Source: an uncultured Acidobacteriota bacterium (GTDB lineage: Bacteria > Acidobacteriota > Vicinamibacteria > Marinacidobacterales > DATDRI01). Taken from it: a stretch of 64,000 bases of DNA. Location: the NCBI GenBank assembly GCA_963722765.1, contig CAVROO010000014.1, positions 322,976 to 386,975 of the forward strand, read 5' to 3'. Below, piece by piece: positions 7,893-17,113 of this stretch. The position numbers and the translations under genes are program-made. Position 1 is the stretch's first letter. Each line of letters starts with the position of its first letter. The notes beneath the pieces are model-generated. The model searched no databases, was not told the origin of the DNA, and was given only the letters and a program-made list of their open reading frames with translations.

Positions 7893-8336
7893 TTAGTCTT
7901 CGATGCGGGCCTTGCGACCGGTGAGCTTCTCGCCGGCGATCAATATCTTTTCTCTCAAGATGAGCCTCGCCCGGCGTTCTTCCGCAGTGATGAAACTGTA
8001 AACTTCCTTGGTGATGCGCTGAAGAAATCCAACCTCCGGTCGAGTCATTTCGAGCACGATGAGCCCGCCGCTTTGCATGGCTTTTTCGCTGAAGTTGATG
8101 TCGAGCAGTTTGTCTCGAAGAGCCAGGCGCGCTTCTCTGTCGCGAGCCGAAGCCGGATCGAAGTCCTTTTTCGTGATCTTGCGTAGAAAGTCGATCTCCG
8201 CATAGGAAAAAACGATCTCGGTCGTTTTTATCTTCTGGGCTTGTTTTTTGGCAGGTCGCTTCTTGGCGGTCGATTTCTTGGTCGTCTTCTTGGTCGATTT
8301 CTTGGAGATCTTCTTTTTTATCTTTTTCTTCGCCAC
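7893..8336 (-). CDS. Small basic protein (Lys-rich N-terminus, internally duplicated C-terminal half)
   Basis: 147-aa ORF starting MAKKKIKKKISKKSTKKTTKKSTAKKRPAKK. It carries two related segments, EIDFLRKITKKDF..REARLALRDKLL and EVGFLQRITKEVY..RRARLILREKIL. Confidence 0.55.
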   Translation of the reverse strand: MAKKKIKKKISKKSTKKTTKKSTAKKRPAKKQAQKIKTTEIVFSYAEIDFLRKITKKDFDPASARDREARLALRDKLLDINFSEKAMQSGGLIVLEMTRPEVGFLQRITKEVYSFITAEERRARLILREKILIAGEKLTGRKARIED

Positions 8337-8589
8337 GTTTCACCTTCAGCTTCAGATATCGAGAGCCTGCGAGCGCTCGACGGATCGACCGCCCGTGAAC
8401 GACCTGGTTCAGCCCCTAGATCTAGAGCCCTGTGTCAGTGATTCGTCACCTAATTCTCGGCCCCTTTTGCGCGCTGGACTTCGTTGTGCCTCCTCGAAAT
8501 ATCGGGATATGACTTCGTCGGCACGCCTTGCCAGCACACAAAATGACCTCGAGCTTTAGGCCACGATCTACTGATACAGGACACTAGCT

Positions 8590-8925
8590 TTATCCCGCCG
8601 AGTCACCGACCTCCAGGTCACCGTTAAGCTTGGCGCCTTCCGTGACGCTCAGTTTCTTGGCCCTGAATGTGCCGGAAGCACACCCGGATTCGAGGAGATG
8701 GAGCGTGTCGGTATGAACTTCCCCGTTGAACTTGCCGCTGATTTCCACACGAGAGGCTTTGATGGTGGCCTCGATGTCGGATTCCTCGACGATTCGAAGA
8801 ACGCCCGAAGCTTCGAGGTCTCCCTTGAAGCGGCCCTGAACGGTAATGTTGCTACCAACCATCTTGCCTTCGAATGTAGCACTAGAATCGAGAATGGTTC
8901 CTTTGTTGTCCTGCACAGAATTCAC
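8590..8925 (-). CDS. Bactofilin-family cytoskeletal protein
   Basis: 111 aa with the repetitive beta-helix pattern typical of bactofilins (FEGKMVGSNITVQGRFKGDLEASGVLRIVEESDIEATIKASRVEISGKFNGEV). Confidence 0.8.
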   Translation of the reverse strand: MNSVQDNKGTILDSSATFEGKMVGSNITVQGRFKGDLEASGVLRIVEESDIEATIKASRVEISGKFNGEVHTDTLHLLESGCASGTFRAKKLSVTEGAKLNGDLEVGDSAG

Positions 8926-9135
8926 TCCGCCGAAAGAGATTGGACACGCTTCTTAGCGAGCCCGAAACCGGCGCGCGCGAGTGTTTGCCCGCTGCGCGAG
9001 CATTGCATCATGAGATGATACCCCTCTGGTCCGATAAGTGTCAATCGATGGGACAGATATGACAGATATGCGGAGAGATGCGATGCCATGTCATTGCCGC
9101 CAAAGATTCGGCTCACGAAGAACAAACCGCCGGAG

Positions 9136-9660
9136 TCAATCCGTGGTTTTCAGCGACCCGGTGCGTACCAGCTTCTCCACGTCCTTCGTGAGTTGATCGC
9201 CCCCGACTCCGAAATACTTCTTGACGACGTGGCCGTCTTTGTCGATGAGATATTTCGTGGGATAGCCGAGAAATGGGCCAAAAGCCTCCTTCGATCCTTC
9301 TTGTCCGAAGAGGTTCGTGTATTTGATGCTCTGCTTCGCCATAAACTCTTGGATCTCTTCCCGGTCCCCGGACTCCAGCACGATTCCCACCATCGAGAAC
9401 TCGTTCGGATCGTACGATTCCGACAGCTGCTGGAGATGGGGCAGTTCCGAGATACACGGGGCGCACCAGGTCGCCCAGAGGTCCACGAGAACCACCTTGC
9501 CCTTTTGCTCCGACAGGGAGAATGTTCCGCCGCCGTTCACAACCTCGAGCGTGAGGTCGGGTGCGGGTTGAGGTTCGCTTCCTGACGGCGCGCCGCCGCC
9601 GCCGCCGCAGGCGAGGGCGGTCAATGTCACAAAGGCAAGAATCACAATTGTCTTTCGCAT
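9136..9660 (-). CDS. TlpA/ResA-like thiol:disulfide oxidoreductase lipoprotein
   Basis: Lipobox MRKTIVILAFVTLTALAC and the thioredoxin motif WATWCAPC. A GAGGA RBS precedes the ATG at 9660. The track ORF extends to 9726. Confidence 0.8.
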   Translation of the reverse strand: MRKTIVILAFVTLTALACGGGGGAPSGSEPQPAPDLTLEVVNGGGTFSLSEQKGKVVLVDLWATWCAPCISELPHLQQLSESYDPNEFSMVGIVLESGDREEIQEFMAKQSIKYTNLFGQEGSKEAFGPFLGYPTKYLIDKDGHVVKKYFGVGGDQLTKDVEKLVRTGSLKTTD

Positions 9661-9745
9661 CGAGTCATTCCTCATTCGTTTTGTCTCCGGTCGATGCCGG
9701 AGGGATTGTTGTTTTTCTATAATCAATCAGCTAGGCTCGTCACGC

Positions 9746-10411
9746 ATGCACCACAGATCGAAGTTGCGTGAGTATTTCGAGTCTCTGCTCGTTTCCATCA
9801 TCGTTGTTCTTTTTATCAGAGCATTTGTCGCCGAAGCCGTACAGATTCCTACCGGAAGCATGGAGGACACCTTGTTGCCGGGGGACCATCTTTTTATCAA
9901 TAAGCTCACTTACCGACAGAATATCGAGATCGGTTCCTATGGTGTTCTTCCCTTTGCCGATGTCAGGCGTCGAGATATCGTCGTATTTCGCTTTTTCGAC
10001 CAACCCGATGAATCCCGCTACTATGTCAAACGAATCATCGGCCTTCCGGGTGATAGGGTCGAAATTAGGGCCAAACAAGTCTACATCGACGGGAAAGCTC
10101 TGGACGAATCCTACGCTGTTTTCAAAGAGCCCTGGGCAAAGGACCGGCAACCTCACGACGACATGGAGCTGCTCGAAATTCCACTTGGTCATTACTTCGT
10201 CATGGGTGACAATCGCGACCGAAGCTACGACAGTCGCTTCTGGGGGCCCTTGCCGCGTGATCGTATCATTGGGAAGCCGCTCGTCGTGTGGTGGTCGTTC
10301 GACGGAAACCGCACACCTGCCTCAACTCGATGGACGGACCGACTCGGAGGTCTGTTCACCCGTTTTTTTCGGCAAACGCGCTGGCGTCGTACTGGACTCC
10401 TCATCGACTAA
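9746..10411 (+). CDS. lepB: Signal peptidase I
   Basis: N-terminal TM segment, catalytic Ser box PTGSMEDTLLPGD, and the GDNRDRSYDSRFWG box. Confidence 0.9.
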   Translation: MHHRSKLREYFESLLVSIIVVLFIRAFVAEAVQIPTGSMEDTLLPGDHLFINKLTYRQNIEIGSYGVLPFADVRRRDIVVFRFFDQPDESRYYVKRIIGLPGDRVEIRAKQVYIDGKALDESYAVFKEPWAKDRQPHDDMELLEIPLGHYFVMGDNRDRSYDSRFWGPLPRDRIIGKPLVVWWSFDGNRTPASTRWTDRLGGLFTRFFRQTRWRRTGLLID

Positions 10412-10882
10412 AAGCCTACTTTCCTCTATTTTTCCCACTGTTTTCACGTAGTGAACAAGAACCCAGCGCTCGTCTTCGGTCAGTTTCTTCTCGAAGGGCG
10501 GCATCGGTTTGCCGCCCTCGGATATCCTCCAGTAAATCTCGCCGTCCTTCAAACGGCTTCCGAGCCCGGGCGAGGAGATGTCCGCCGGTTTCTTATCCAT
10601 ATAGCGCGCCGCCGGCCCGTCACCTTTACCTTTCTTGCCATGACAGGTGGTGCAGTTTTTCTCATAAAGAACGGCACCCCTTTTGAGAGCTTCCGGGCTT
10701 TGCGGAACGGGGTTGTTCATCTCTCGCATCGAATCCGAAGGGGTTTTCGGACGATCTTGGCTGCCGTCAGATGGTGCGGCCGCGAAGGTCACAACGATCC
10801 ATATGACGAACGGAATCAGAAGCGCGGCTTTGATGGTCCACCCCGAATAATCCAGAAAGCCGCCCGTGGACGGCCGGTCCAT
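10322..10882 (-). CDS. Membrane-anchored class I cytochrome c
   Basis: N-terminal TM helix and the haem-binding motif CTTCHGKKGKGDG. The 3' tail overlaps the lepB 3' end by 90 nt. Confidence 0.75.
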   Translation of the reverse strand: MDRPSTGGFLDYSGWTIKAALLIPFVIWIVVTFAAAPSDGSQDRPKTPSDSMREMNNPVPQSPEALKRGAVLYEKNCTTCHGKKGKGDGPAARYMDKKPADISSPGLGSRLKDGEIYWRISEGGKPMPPFEKKLTEDERWVLVHYVKTVGKIEESRLLVDEESSTTPARLPKKTGEQTSESVRPSS

Positions 10883-10903
10883 GATAGCACGCCTAAGTGG
10901 CAG

Positions 10904-11641
10904 TCAGCCCAGGACAGGTAAGAAGGTGAAATACCGGGACAGAACCTGAAGCTTGTCGGTCGCAACCAGGATACCGACGGCGATGAGGAGAATTCCCGCT
11001 ACGATTTCCACCGCCCGCATGTGCTTTTTGATGCGACTGAAAACATTGAGGAAGCTGTTGATAGCGAGACTCGTCCCGATGAACGGAAGTCCGAGCCCAA
11101 GCGAGTACGCGCCTAACAGAGCCACGCCTTGTCCAACCGTCTCCTGGGTCGCTGCCATTGCCAGGACACCCGCCAGGATAGGACCTATGCAAGGGGACCA
11201 CCCGAAGGCGAAAGCCAGGCCAATCAGAAGCGAACCGATCAAGCCAATTGGCTTGGAATTGGCGTGGAATCGCTTTTCGTAGTTCAGCCATTTGATGGGG
11301 GTGAGTCCCATGGTGTGAAGGCCGAATATAATGATGACGACGCCGGCTACGCGTGCCAGGATCAACCGGTTCTCGGCAAACCAGCGGCCGATGTAGGTTG
11401 CCGATGCGCCCATAGCGACGAAGACGATCGAAAAGCCCAGCACGAAGAAAAGGCTGTTGAAGACCACTTGACGGCGGAGTCGTTTTTTCTCCGATGGATC
11501 CAGTTCAGCCTGTCCCTTCAGTTCCTGAAGGGATACTCCGGATATAAAAGAGATATAGCCGGGCACGATGGGTAAAACGCACGGCGATATGAACGATATG
11601 ATTCCGGCCAGAAATGCGGTTATGAGTGTTACGTTTTCCAC
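10904..11641 (-). CDS. ccdA: Cytochrome c biogenesis protein CcdA (DsbD-family transmembrane electron transporter)
   Basis: Polytopic membrane protein with conserved Cys motifs (FISPCVLPIVPGY and GWSPCIGPILAG). Confidence 0.85.
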   Translation of the reverse strand: MENVTLITAFLAGIISFISPCVLPIVPGYISFISGVSLQELKGQAELDPSEKKRLRRQVVFNSLFFVLGFSIVFVAMGASATYIGRWFAENRLILARVAGVVIIIFGLHTMGLTPIKWLNYEKRFHANSKPIGLIGSLLIGLAFAFGWSPCIGPILAGVLAMAATQETVGQGVALLGAYSLGLGLPFIGTSLAINSFLNVFSRIKKHMRAVEIVAGILLIAVGILVATDKLQVLSRYFTFLPVLG

Positions 11642-11798
11642 AACTTAGCTCCTAAATATACTCCCCTATGACGTCGGCTATTTTAGCGCGAAATCCTCAA
11701 ACCGGAAATCGACGACCCCAAATAACCTTCTGCCGTGATAGCCTTTGGGTTGGGTGGGTGGCGGTAGTTGCTCACTATCGCGAAGGAGTCTGTCGAAA

Positions 11799-12203
11799 TT
11801 GATTCTTGGAATCGGCATCGATCTCGTTGAGTTATCGCGGATGGAAGCCGCCTTTGGACGACGCGGAGATCGGTTGGTTCGGAGGATATGCACTCCCTCG
11901 GAAGTAGAGCAGGTTCAACATTCGAGAGCCCCGGTACAAAAACTGGCGGAAGTTTTTGGTGTCAAAGAAGGAGTCATGAAAGCTCTGGGAACGGGTATGC
12001 GTGGGGTGGGATGGCAAGAAATCGACACCAGCGGCTCTTCCCAGGGTTGCGTGGAGGCCCTACTCGACAGGAGAGCACTCCTGGTGGCGCGACGGCTGGG
12101 AGTTACCCAATACAGTTTCTCCGTGACCCTGTCGGCGGATATCGTGCTGACGGCCGTGTTGCTGAGCCGTGAGGAAGGTACGAAAAGTGCTCTACGACCC
12201 TGA
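11799..12203 (+). CDS. acpS: Holo-[acyl-carrier-protein] synthase
   Basis: The N-terminus ILGIGIDLVELSRM is the AcpS signature. A TTG start at 11799 lies 10 nt after an AAGGAG RBS. The track ORF starts earlier, at 11745. Confidence 0.8.
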   Translation: MILGIGIDLVELSRMEAAFGRRGDRLVRRICTPSEVEQVQHSRAPVQKLAEVFGVKEGVMKALGTGMRGVGWQEIDTSGSSQGCVEALLDRRALLVARRLGVTQYSFSVTLSADIVLTAVLLSREEGTKSALRP

Positions 12204-12696
12204 CAGAAAAAGGAAATTAGCAAGGGTCGTGTCTTTTTCGACGGTGCTCTACGTCTTGTTCCTGAGCTCTCACGCAAAGGGTATAGGGCTGACCGCCTTT
12301 CTACAATCCGCGTCGCCAGGGTCGCGAGGTGGTATTGGTTTCGCCATCGGTATCCCGCTCATCACTGAGATCATCACCCTCGAGGGCGAGTATTCCCGAA
12401 CCGGTGAGTCGGAGACGATACCGTCTCTGACGACCTGGACCGGCAACGTCCTGATTGTTTCTCCCGTCGAGATCGTGAGGTTGAGGCCCTATTTCGCAAC
12501 CGGTTTCGGCGTCTATCGTCAGGCTCTAGCCTCGGCGAGCGAGTTCTCGTTTGCCACGACGCCCGGGTTCGGGACGTTCCTTCGGTTGAGTGGACCGCTT
12601 CACGGCCGCTTCGAGTACCGCATGATTCGACTTCGGGGTGATCCGTTGCAGGCGAACCAGAAACGGTTCTACGCGGGCTTGACGGTCCGGTTCTAG
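12169..12696 (+). CDS. Small outer-membrane beta-barrel protein
   Basis: Signal-like N-terminus, alternating hydrophobic pattern, and a C-terminal ...FYAGLTVRF with terminal Phe that is typical of OMP barrels. Confidence 0.6.
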   Translation: MRKVRKVLYDPDRKRKLARVVSFSTVLYVLFLSSHAKGIGLTAFLQSASPGSRGGIGFAIGIPLITEIITLEGEYSRTGESETIPSLTTWTGNVLIVSPVEIVRLRPYFATGFGVYRQALASASEFSFATTPGFGTFLRLSGPLHGRFEYRMIRLRGDPLQANQKRFYAGLTVRF

Positions 12697-12802
12697 TTGT
12701 GCCCTTAAAGACTTTCGTCCGCCATTTGACTCCCGCCCACTGGTCCAGATATGATGAAATAATAGGTATCTCTTTGTCTTTCAAGGAGTAAAGGGCAGCA
12801 CT

Positions 12803-13640
12803 TTGGTCTTCTTCAACTACACAACGATGCAGGCTTCGGCCAAGATCGTCTACTACGGACCGGGTCTGTGCGGTAAGACCACCAATCTGCAATCCATACA
12901 CGCGAAAACAGACCCCAACTCGCGTGGCGAAATGGTGAGTCTCGAGACCGAAGCGGATCGGACGCTTTTCTTTGATTTGCTACCTCTCGAGGTGGGTACC
13001 ATTGGAGGGATGCGGGTTCGGCTTCAGCTCTACACCGTGCCTGGCCAGGTTTTTTACAACACCACCCGAAAACTCGTTCTCAAGGGAGTCGATGGCATCG
13101 TTTTCGTGGCCGATTCCCAGGTTCCCGCTCTGGATGCCAATCTCGAGAGTTTCGAGAACCTCCAACGGAACCTCGAGGAACTGAACCAGCCTTTCGACAA
13201 GATACCCTTCGTCTTTCAGTACAACAAACGAGATCTCAGAAATATTCAGTCGGTCGAGAGTCTCAATCAGCAACTCAATCCGAACGGCTTATGAGGCCTA
13301 CGAGGCGGCCGCTTTGCACGGTCTCGGTGTTTTCGAAACTCTCAAGGCTATTTCGAAAAAGACATTGGCCGCAGTCCACCGTCGGATTTCCGGTGAAGAG
13401 ACACCCGACAAAGTCGTCGTGCCCCAGGCAGCTTCCAAGCCTGCGGTTGCGGAAACGCCAGCCGTAGGACGCCGAAGGCTGGCCGCGTCGCCCGTAGCGC
13501 CTGCCTCGCCGCACCCCGGAAGCTCAGCCCGACAAGCCTGTCGAGCCCGGAACGGGCGAAGTCAAAGTAGAGTTCGCGGCCAGTCCGACTTTGAGTCACA
13601 AACCTGCCACGAGGGATGCCCCGTCCGACTCGGTCAGTAA
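12803..13640 (+). CDS. mglA: MglA-like Ras-family small GTPase, interrupted by a frameshift near 13285
   Basis: FFNY..AKIVYYGPGLCGKTTNLQ, TLFFDLLPLEVG, QLYTVPGQVFY and FQYNKRD match MglA. The missing C-terminal helix (ALHGLGVFETLKAISKKTL) continues in another frame, ORF 13314..13640. Confidence 0.8.
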
Positions 13641-13968
13641 GATTGATACGAAGTCGAAAATCGATATAGAACGGGAGCTGGATAGCTTACGTCGAATTGC
13701 CACAGGGAAAAAGAGCCGGGCTTCGGCTCCAAAGGAGGTTCCCTCGGCGGAGGCGATCACGCAGGGTTTGCACGATCGAATGGTCCGCATCAGGCTCCCT
13801 CGCCATGTCTTGAACGGTGCCAGCCATCTTCTCATGGATTTGAAGGTGGGGGCGCAGGGGAATTTTCACAGGGTCGGGGACTCGGTAAGGATTGAGATTC
13901 CTCCTGGACGAGGGGGCAAGAAAACGAGATTCAGCATCGTTTTCGAAATGGAAGAAGACGACAGCTGA
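13591..13968 (+). CDS. Hypothetical protein, or a C-terminal extension of the MglA-like protein
   Basis: 125-aa ORF with no obvious RBS. Its frame is open upstream to 13495 (..PEAQPDKPVEPGTGEVKVEF..), where it could join the P/A-rich tail of the preceding ORF through one more frameshift. Confidence 0.45.
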   Translation: MSHKPATRDAPSDSVSKIDTKSKIDIERELDSLRRIATGKKSRASAPKEVPSAEAITQGLHDRMVRIRLPRHVLNGASHLLMDLKVGAQGNFHRVGDSVRIEIPPGRGGKKTRFSIVFEMEEDDS

Positions 13969-13977
13969 TTTTCGCGG

Positions 13978-14069
13978 CGAGAACTCGAGAACTCGAGAAC
14001 CCAGAATTGAAACAGGAGGATGGCTTCCCCTCCTGCGCCGGGACTGGCCGCCATCGTCTTCCGGATTTA
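13978..14069 (-). repeat. Dispersed 'TAAATCC-hairpin-(GAGTTCTN)n' element (reverse orientation)
   Basis: The minus strand reads TAAATCCGGAAGACGATGGCGGCCAGTCCCGGCGCAGGAGGGGAAGCCATCCTCCTGTTTCAATTCTGGGTTCTCGAGTTCTCGAGTTCTC. Confidence 0.85.
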
Positions 14070-14119
14070 GTCAATCGAGCTGCTTATACTTCACTGATCC
14101 CCCCTGTTGTCGGCGTTAT

Positions 14120-14200
14120 TAATTTCGGAAATTGACGGCGGAGCCGTCACTCCGTTTTCATTCCGGGTCCTTGAGTACTCGAGTTCTTGGGTTCTATTTT
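14120..14200 (+). repeat. Dispersed hairpin-(GAGTTCTN)n element, forming an inverted pair with 13978-14069
   Basis: GACGGCGGAGCCGTC hairpin, then CACTCCGTTTTCATTCC, then GGGTCCTTGAGTACTCGAGTTCTTGGGTTCT. Confidence 0.8.
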
Positions 14201-14209
14201 TAGTCCCGC

Positions 14210-14770
14210 TTACCTTTCAATCCTTCGGTCTTCTGTGCCGACAGGGTCGGTGTTTCTGTCGGCATCTTCCGTACCGTCTTCCGGCTCATTCGAGTGAGCA
14301 GAACTCTCGCCACAGGCCATGCACTGGATTTTGAGCAGCACCTTCTCGTGTCGAACATCGAGCTTGTAACGGAACTTCTTGAGATACCTGTCGAGATCGA
14401 GGTCGATCGCCCGCTGGGGCGTCCGAATCTCGTTCGGTGTGATCCCCAGGTGTACCTTCGTCGGCCGGCCTTCCGTATCTATACCCTCGATCCGCACCAG
14501 GATCTCTGCCGGTTCCAAACGGTGGAGCTCCGGGTAATACGTGAATTGGAAGACACGATCTGTAGGTAGATGTGCGACGGCTTGATCGTTGATGTAGAGG
14601 ACGCCGGAGCTCAAGTGCTCACAAAGGCGGAACTGGATCGGTATGTAAATACTGCGATTCAGTACCCGCTTGTCCGCATGGCTTGGAACGAAGTGGGTCC
14701 ATAGCAGTGGGGTTGCGACCAAAAGCGCGGTGATTGTGACTCTTGCGAACCTCGAAACGTGCGTCGTCAT
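14210..14770 (-). CDS. Hypothetical secreted or membrane-anchored protein
   Basis: An AAGGGGAG RBS precedes the ATG at 14770 (MTTHVSRFARVTITALLVATPLLW...). The longer track ORF (to 14878) begins inside MITE 'B' and is probably not real. Confidence 0.55.
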   Translation of the reverse strand: MTTHVSRFARVTITALLVATPLLWTHFVPSHADKRVLNRSIYIPIQFRLCEHLSSGVLYINDQAVAHLPTDRVFQFTYYPELHRLEPAEILVRIEGIDTEGRPTKVHLGITPNEIRTPQRAIDLDLDRYLKKFRYKLDVRHEKVLLKIQCMACGESSAHSNEPEDGTEDADRNTDPVGTEDRRIER

Positions 14771-14854
14771 GGTGACATCTCCCCTTACGGAAAGGCCTAT
14801 CGCCATTCCGAATACCCTGAATCGTCTTTTGGAATAAAGAGATAAGAGCTCGAG

Positions 14855-14980
14855 AAACCTGACGCGGCAGAGCCGCAACCAAAAGGGTTATCGCGGCTTG
14901 CCGCGAGCCGTCAGCAATCAGCCGTCAGCTCACGGAAGATCGTTCACTTTTTGCATTCAATTTCACTCATCAGGGACTAA
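14855..14980 (+). repeat. MITE-like element 'B', copy 2
   Basis: AACCTGACGCGGCAGAGCCGCAACCAAAAGGGTTATCGCGGCTTGCCGCGAGCCGTCAGCAATCAGCCGTCAGCTCACGG...CACTCATCAGGGACTAA. Near-identical to 50985-51112. Confidence 0.85.
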
Positions 14981-15382
14981 ATCACATGAACGGACAGAAA
15001 AAGAGATCAGATTGAGGTAAAGATTTTGATGCCGGGCGCCACTGTACGAGGCTGCGTTCAAGTCCGGATGGAAATCACTTTATAAAAGTGCAATACGAGT
15101 GCCAGGTTTTGTCCGTCGCGAGGCGAGGCATAAAAATCCAGACCTCTTGGATGGAACCACCGAAAAGAAAAGGTGTTGTCGGATGTAGGCGTGCCACATT
15201 TTCTTGCGGCACTCGAGTGAGTTGTCCGTTGTCAATCCGGATTCCGAATCGAAGCGTGTGAGATTGCCTACGGGAGAATCGAGCGGCTCCCTACCGATAT
15301 TTCGCAAGAGGCTCTAAAGGTCGCTTATATCGGGCGGATTTAGAAAACGTGACGGAGTCAAGTTTCGAAAGGAAAAAAAGCC

Positions 15383-15462
15383 ATTTGTGGGGGTGGGTCC
15401 CCCCACGATATCCGTTTTCTTGAATTCTCGAGTTCTCGAGTTCTCGAGTTCTTAGTTTCTTC
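15383..15462 (+). repeat. Dispersed hairpin-(GAGTTCTN)n element
   Basis: GTGGGGGTGGGTCCCCCCAC hairpin, then GATATCCGTTTTCTTGAATTC, then TCGAGTTCTCGAGTTCTCGAGTTCTTAG. Confidence 0.8.
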
Positions 15463-15464
15463 TT

Positions 15465-16360
15465 CTACGTTCCCGACTCGGGCGCGATGTAAAGGTGGTA
15501 CACGCGAAGTCCCAATACTCGCGTGTCTGCGCCAAGCCCTTTGTCGGAAGGGGTGAAGGATTGGTTATTGATGATACGGAGATCAATCCAATCTTCAGCT
15601 CCAAGGGCGGACGCTGGGATGGGGATCTTTTTCAGGAATCTATCGCGGCTTTTGACCGGAAACTGGACGATCTCATTGTCTCCCACCATGAGGCTCACGG
15701 ATAGAGGACTCGTCGAAGGCGTTGACGTTGGTATCCGCATCGAGATAGAGAACCGAGTCCACTTTTGGATTCTTGAAGGAGCATACCGCTTCGCCCTTGG
15801 TCCACTGCCATTCAATGGACGGGTTCTCCGGCGAAGATTCCAGTTGATGCCATCCTTCTTTGTACACGAGAAAGATGTTCTCTTTTTGATCGAGTAGCGT
15901 GAGCTGCCCGACTTGAAGTCCGTTGCCGATTTCGTCTCCGGATGAGGCCGAGTCGTTCGTTGGTTTCGGGAATGTAGAGTCCCACGACCACGGAAGCCGT
16001 GCCAAAATAAGGGTAAAGCGGAATGAAAACAGTTCGCGTATATTCTACCGTCGAGCCTGCGGTCCATGAGCTCACCGGCTGCGGTAGATCGTGATCGTCC
16101 GTGAATAGGAGCTCATTGTGAGAGTCCAGAAAATGGACGAAGACCTTGAAGTCTTTGTCAATCGGCGAGAAATCCGAAGCGACCTCGAAGCGGTAGGTGA
16201 CTTCTACTGGGCTGCCAATGGGGGCCCTGGATTTGTTCAGTTCGATCGATGGCGTTACCTGTCGAACCTCGGCCGCTTTTTTCCCCTGACAGCCGAATAG
16301 ATTCATAGCAATGACAGCGGCGAGGCCAATAGAAGCCTTCCAATGCTGAAATCTCTTCAT
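15465..16360 (-). CDS. Hypothetical lipoprotein, split over three frames (two frameshifts)
   Basis: Lipobox MKRFQHWKASIGLAAVIAMNLFGC. Coherent protein sequence continues from ORF 15812..16360 into 15673..16005 (..QVGQLTLLDQKENIFLVYKEGWHQLE..) and then into 15465..16067 (..VGDNEIVQFPVKSRDRFLKKIPIP..). Confidence 0.6.
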
Positions 16361-16551
16361 CCCTTATCTCCTCACTCTATTAAAGCGTGAACTTCGATTA
16401 TCTGGTCCGTCCGGTTACCGAGTCGGACAAACCGCAAATATTGACACAGGGCGACCAATCGAGTCAATCCCAAAAACTTTTTCGGTCCCTTCTTCGGCCG
16501 CAGGTCTCCGTTGTACTGCAAATGGTGCCGGGTAAAGGGTCGTTTGACGTC

Positions 16552-16582
16552 TTGACGCCTTCTTCGACGAAGGTGCTATATT
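16552..16582 (+). promoter_or_regulatory. Candidate sigma70-type promoter upstream of the BMC-H/ALDH pair
   Basis: TTGACG (16552-16557), an 18-19 nt spacer, then CTATAT/TATATT (16576-16582). The spacer contains the palindrome CTTCGACGAAG. A ~190 nt untranslated leader would follow. Confidence 0.3.
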
Positions 16583-16770
16583 GCCTAAATTGTGCGGTTT
16601 GCGCGTATTTCGTTGCACCGTACATGAATTTGCCCTGCCGAACGTCATGAAGTTTTGATTCCGGCCTCTGTCGGTGGATGGGGCCTGCAAGCATCGGCTG
16701 CCGGCCGTGAGCAAGCGAAGAGCATCGACAGCAAGCTCATTGCGATGCGGTTAGGAGAAGCGAGTGGCAC

Positions 16771-17113
16771 GTGCGTCGAGTAAGAAAGCCGAAGAAGCGG
16801 GCGACCGAGACGCGCGGTCAGGCGCTGGGTTTGATTGAGACTCGGGGGCTCATCGGCGCCATCGAGGCGGCCGACGCCATGGTCAAAAGCGGCCCGTGTC
16901 GTTCTCACCGGGCGAGAATACGTTGGCTCGGCCCACGTTACGGTCGGCGTACGAGGCGATATCGGCGCGGTCACCGCGGCGGTCGACGCCGGGGCACTCG
17001 CGGCACGGCGTGTCGGGGATCTCGTCGCGGTTCATGTGATTCCGGCTCCCGATGAGGAAACAGAAAAAACCGTTCCATCCGGCTCGACGGACACACCGAA
17101 AGGAAATTCGTGA
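16771..17113 (+). CDS. Bacterial microcompartment shell protein, BMC-H (PF00936-like), with a frameshift at the A4 run 16885-16888
   Basis: [22 protein letters not shown] in the frame of ORF 16771, continued by [53 protein letters not shown] in the frame of ORF 16835. Removing one A restores a canonical BMC domain. Confidence 0.85.

Noticed and set aside
7827-8186. ORF starting MRLCRVRF, and the identical N-terminus of ORF 14210..14878.
   Set aside because: The shared start peptide is encoded by MITE 'B' itself. ORF 7827..8186 is antisense to the better-supported 7893..8336 gene, and the 14210 gene has a proper RBS and ATG at 14770.
16387-16770. Riboswitch (for example cobalamin) or an additional shell gene upstream of the BMC-H gene.
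   Set aside because: I could not find a B12-box or any other riboswitch core I know, and none of the six frames gives BMC-like peptide. Only a candidate promoter and a long leader can be stated.
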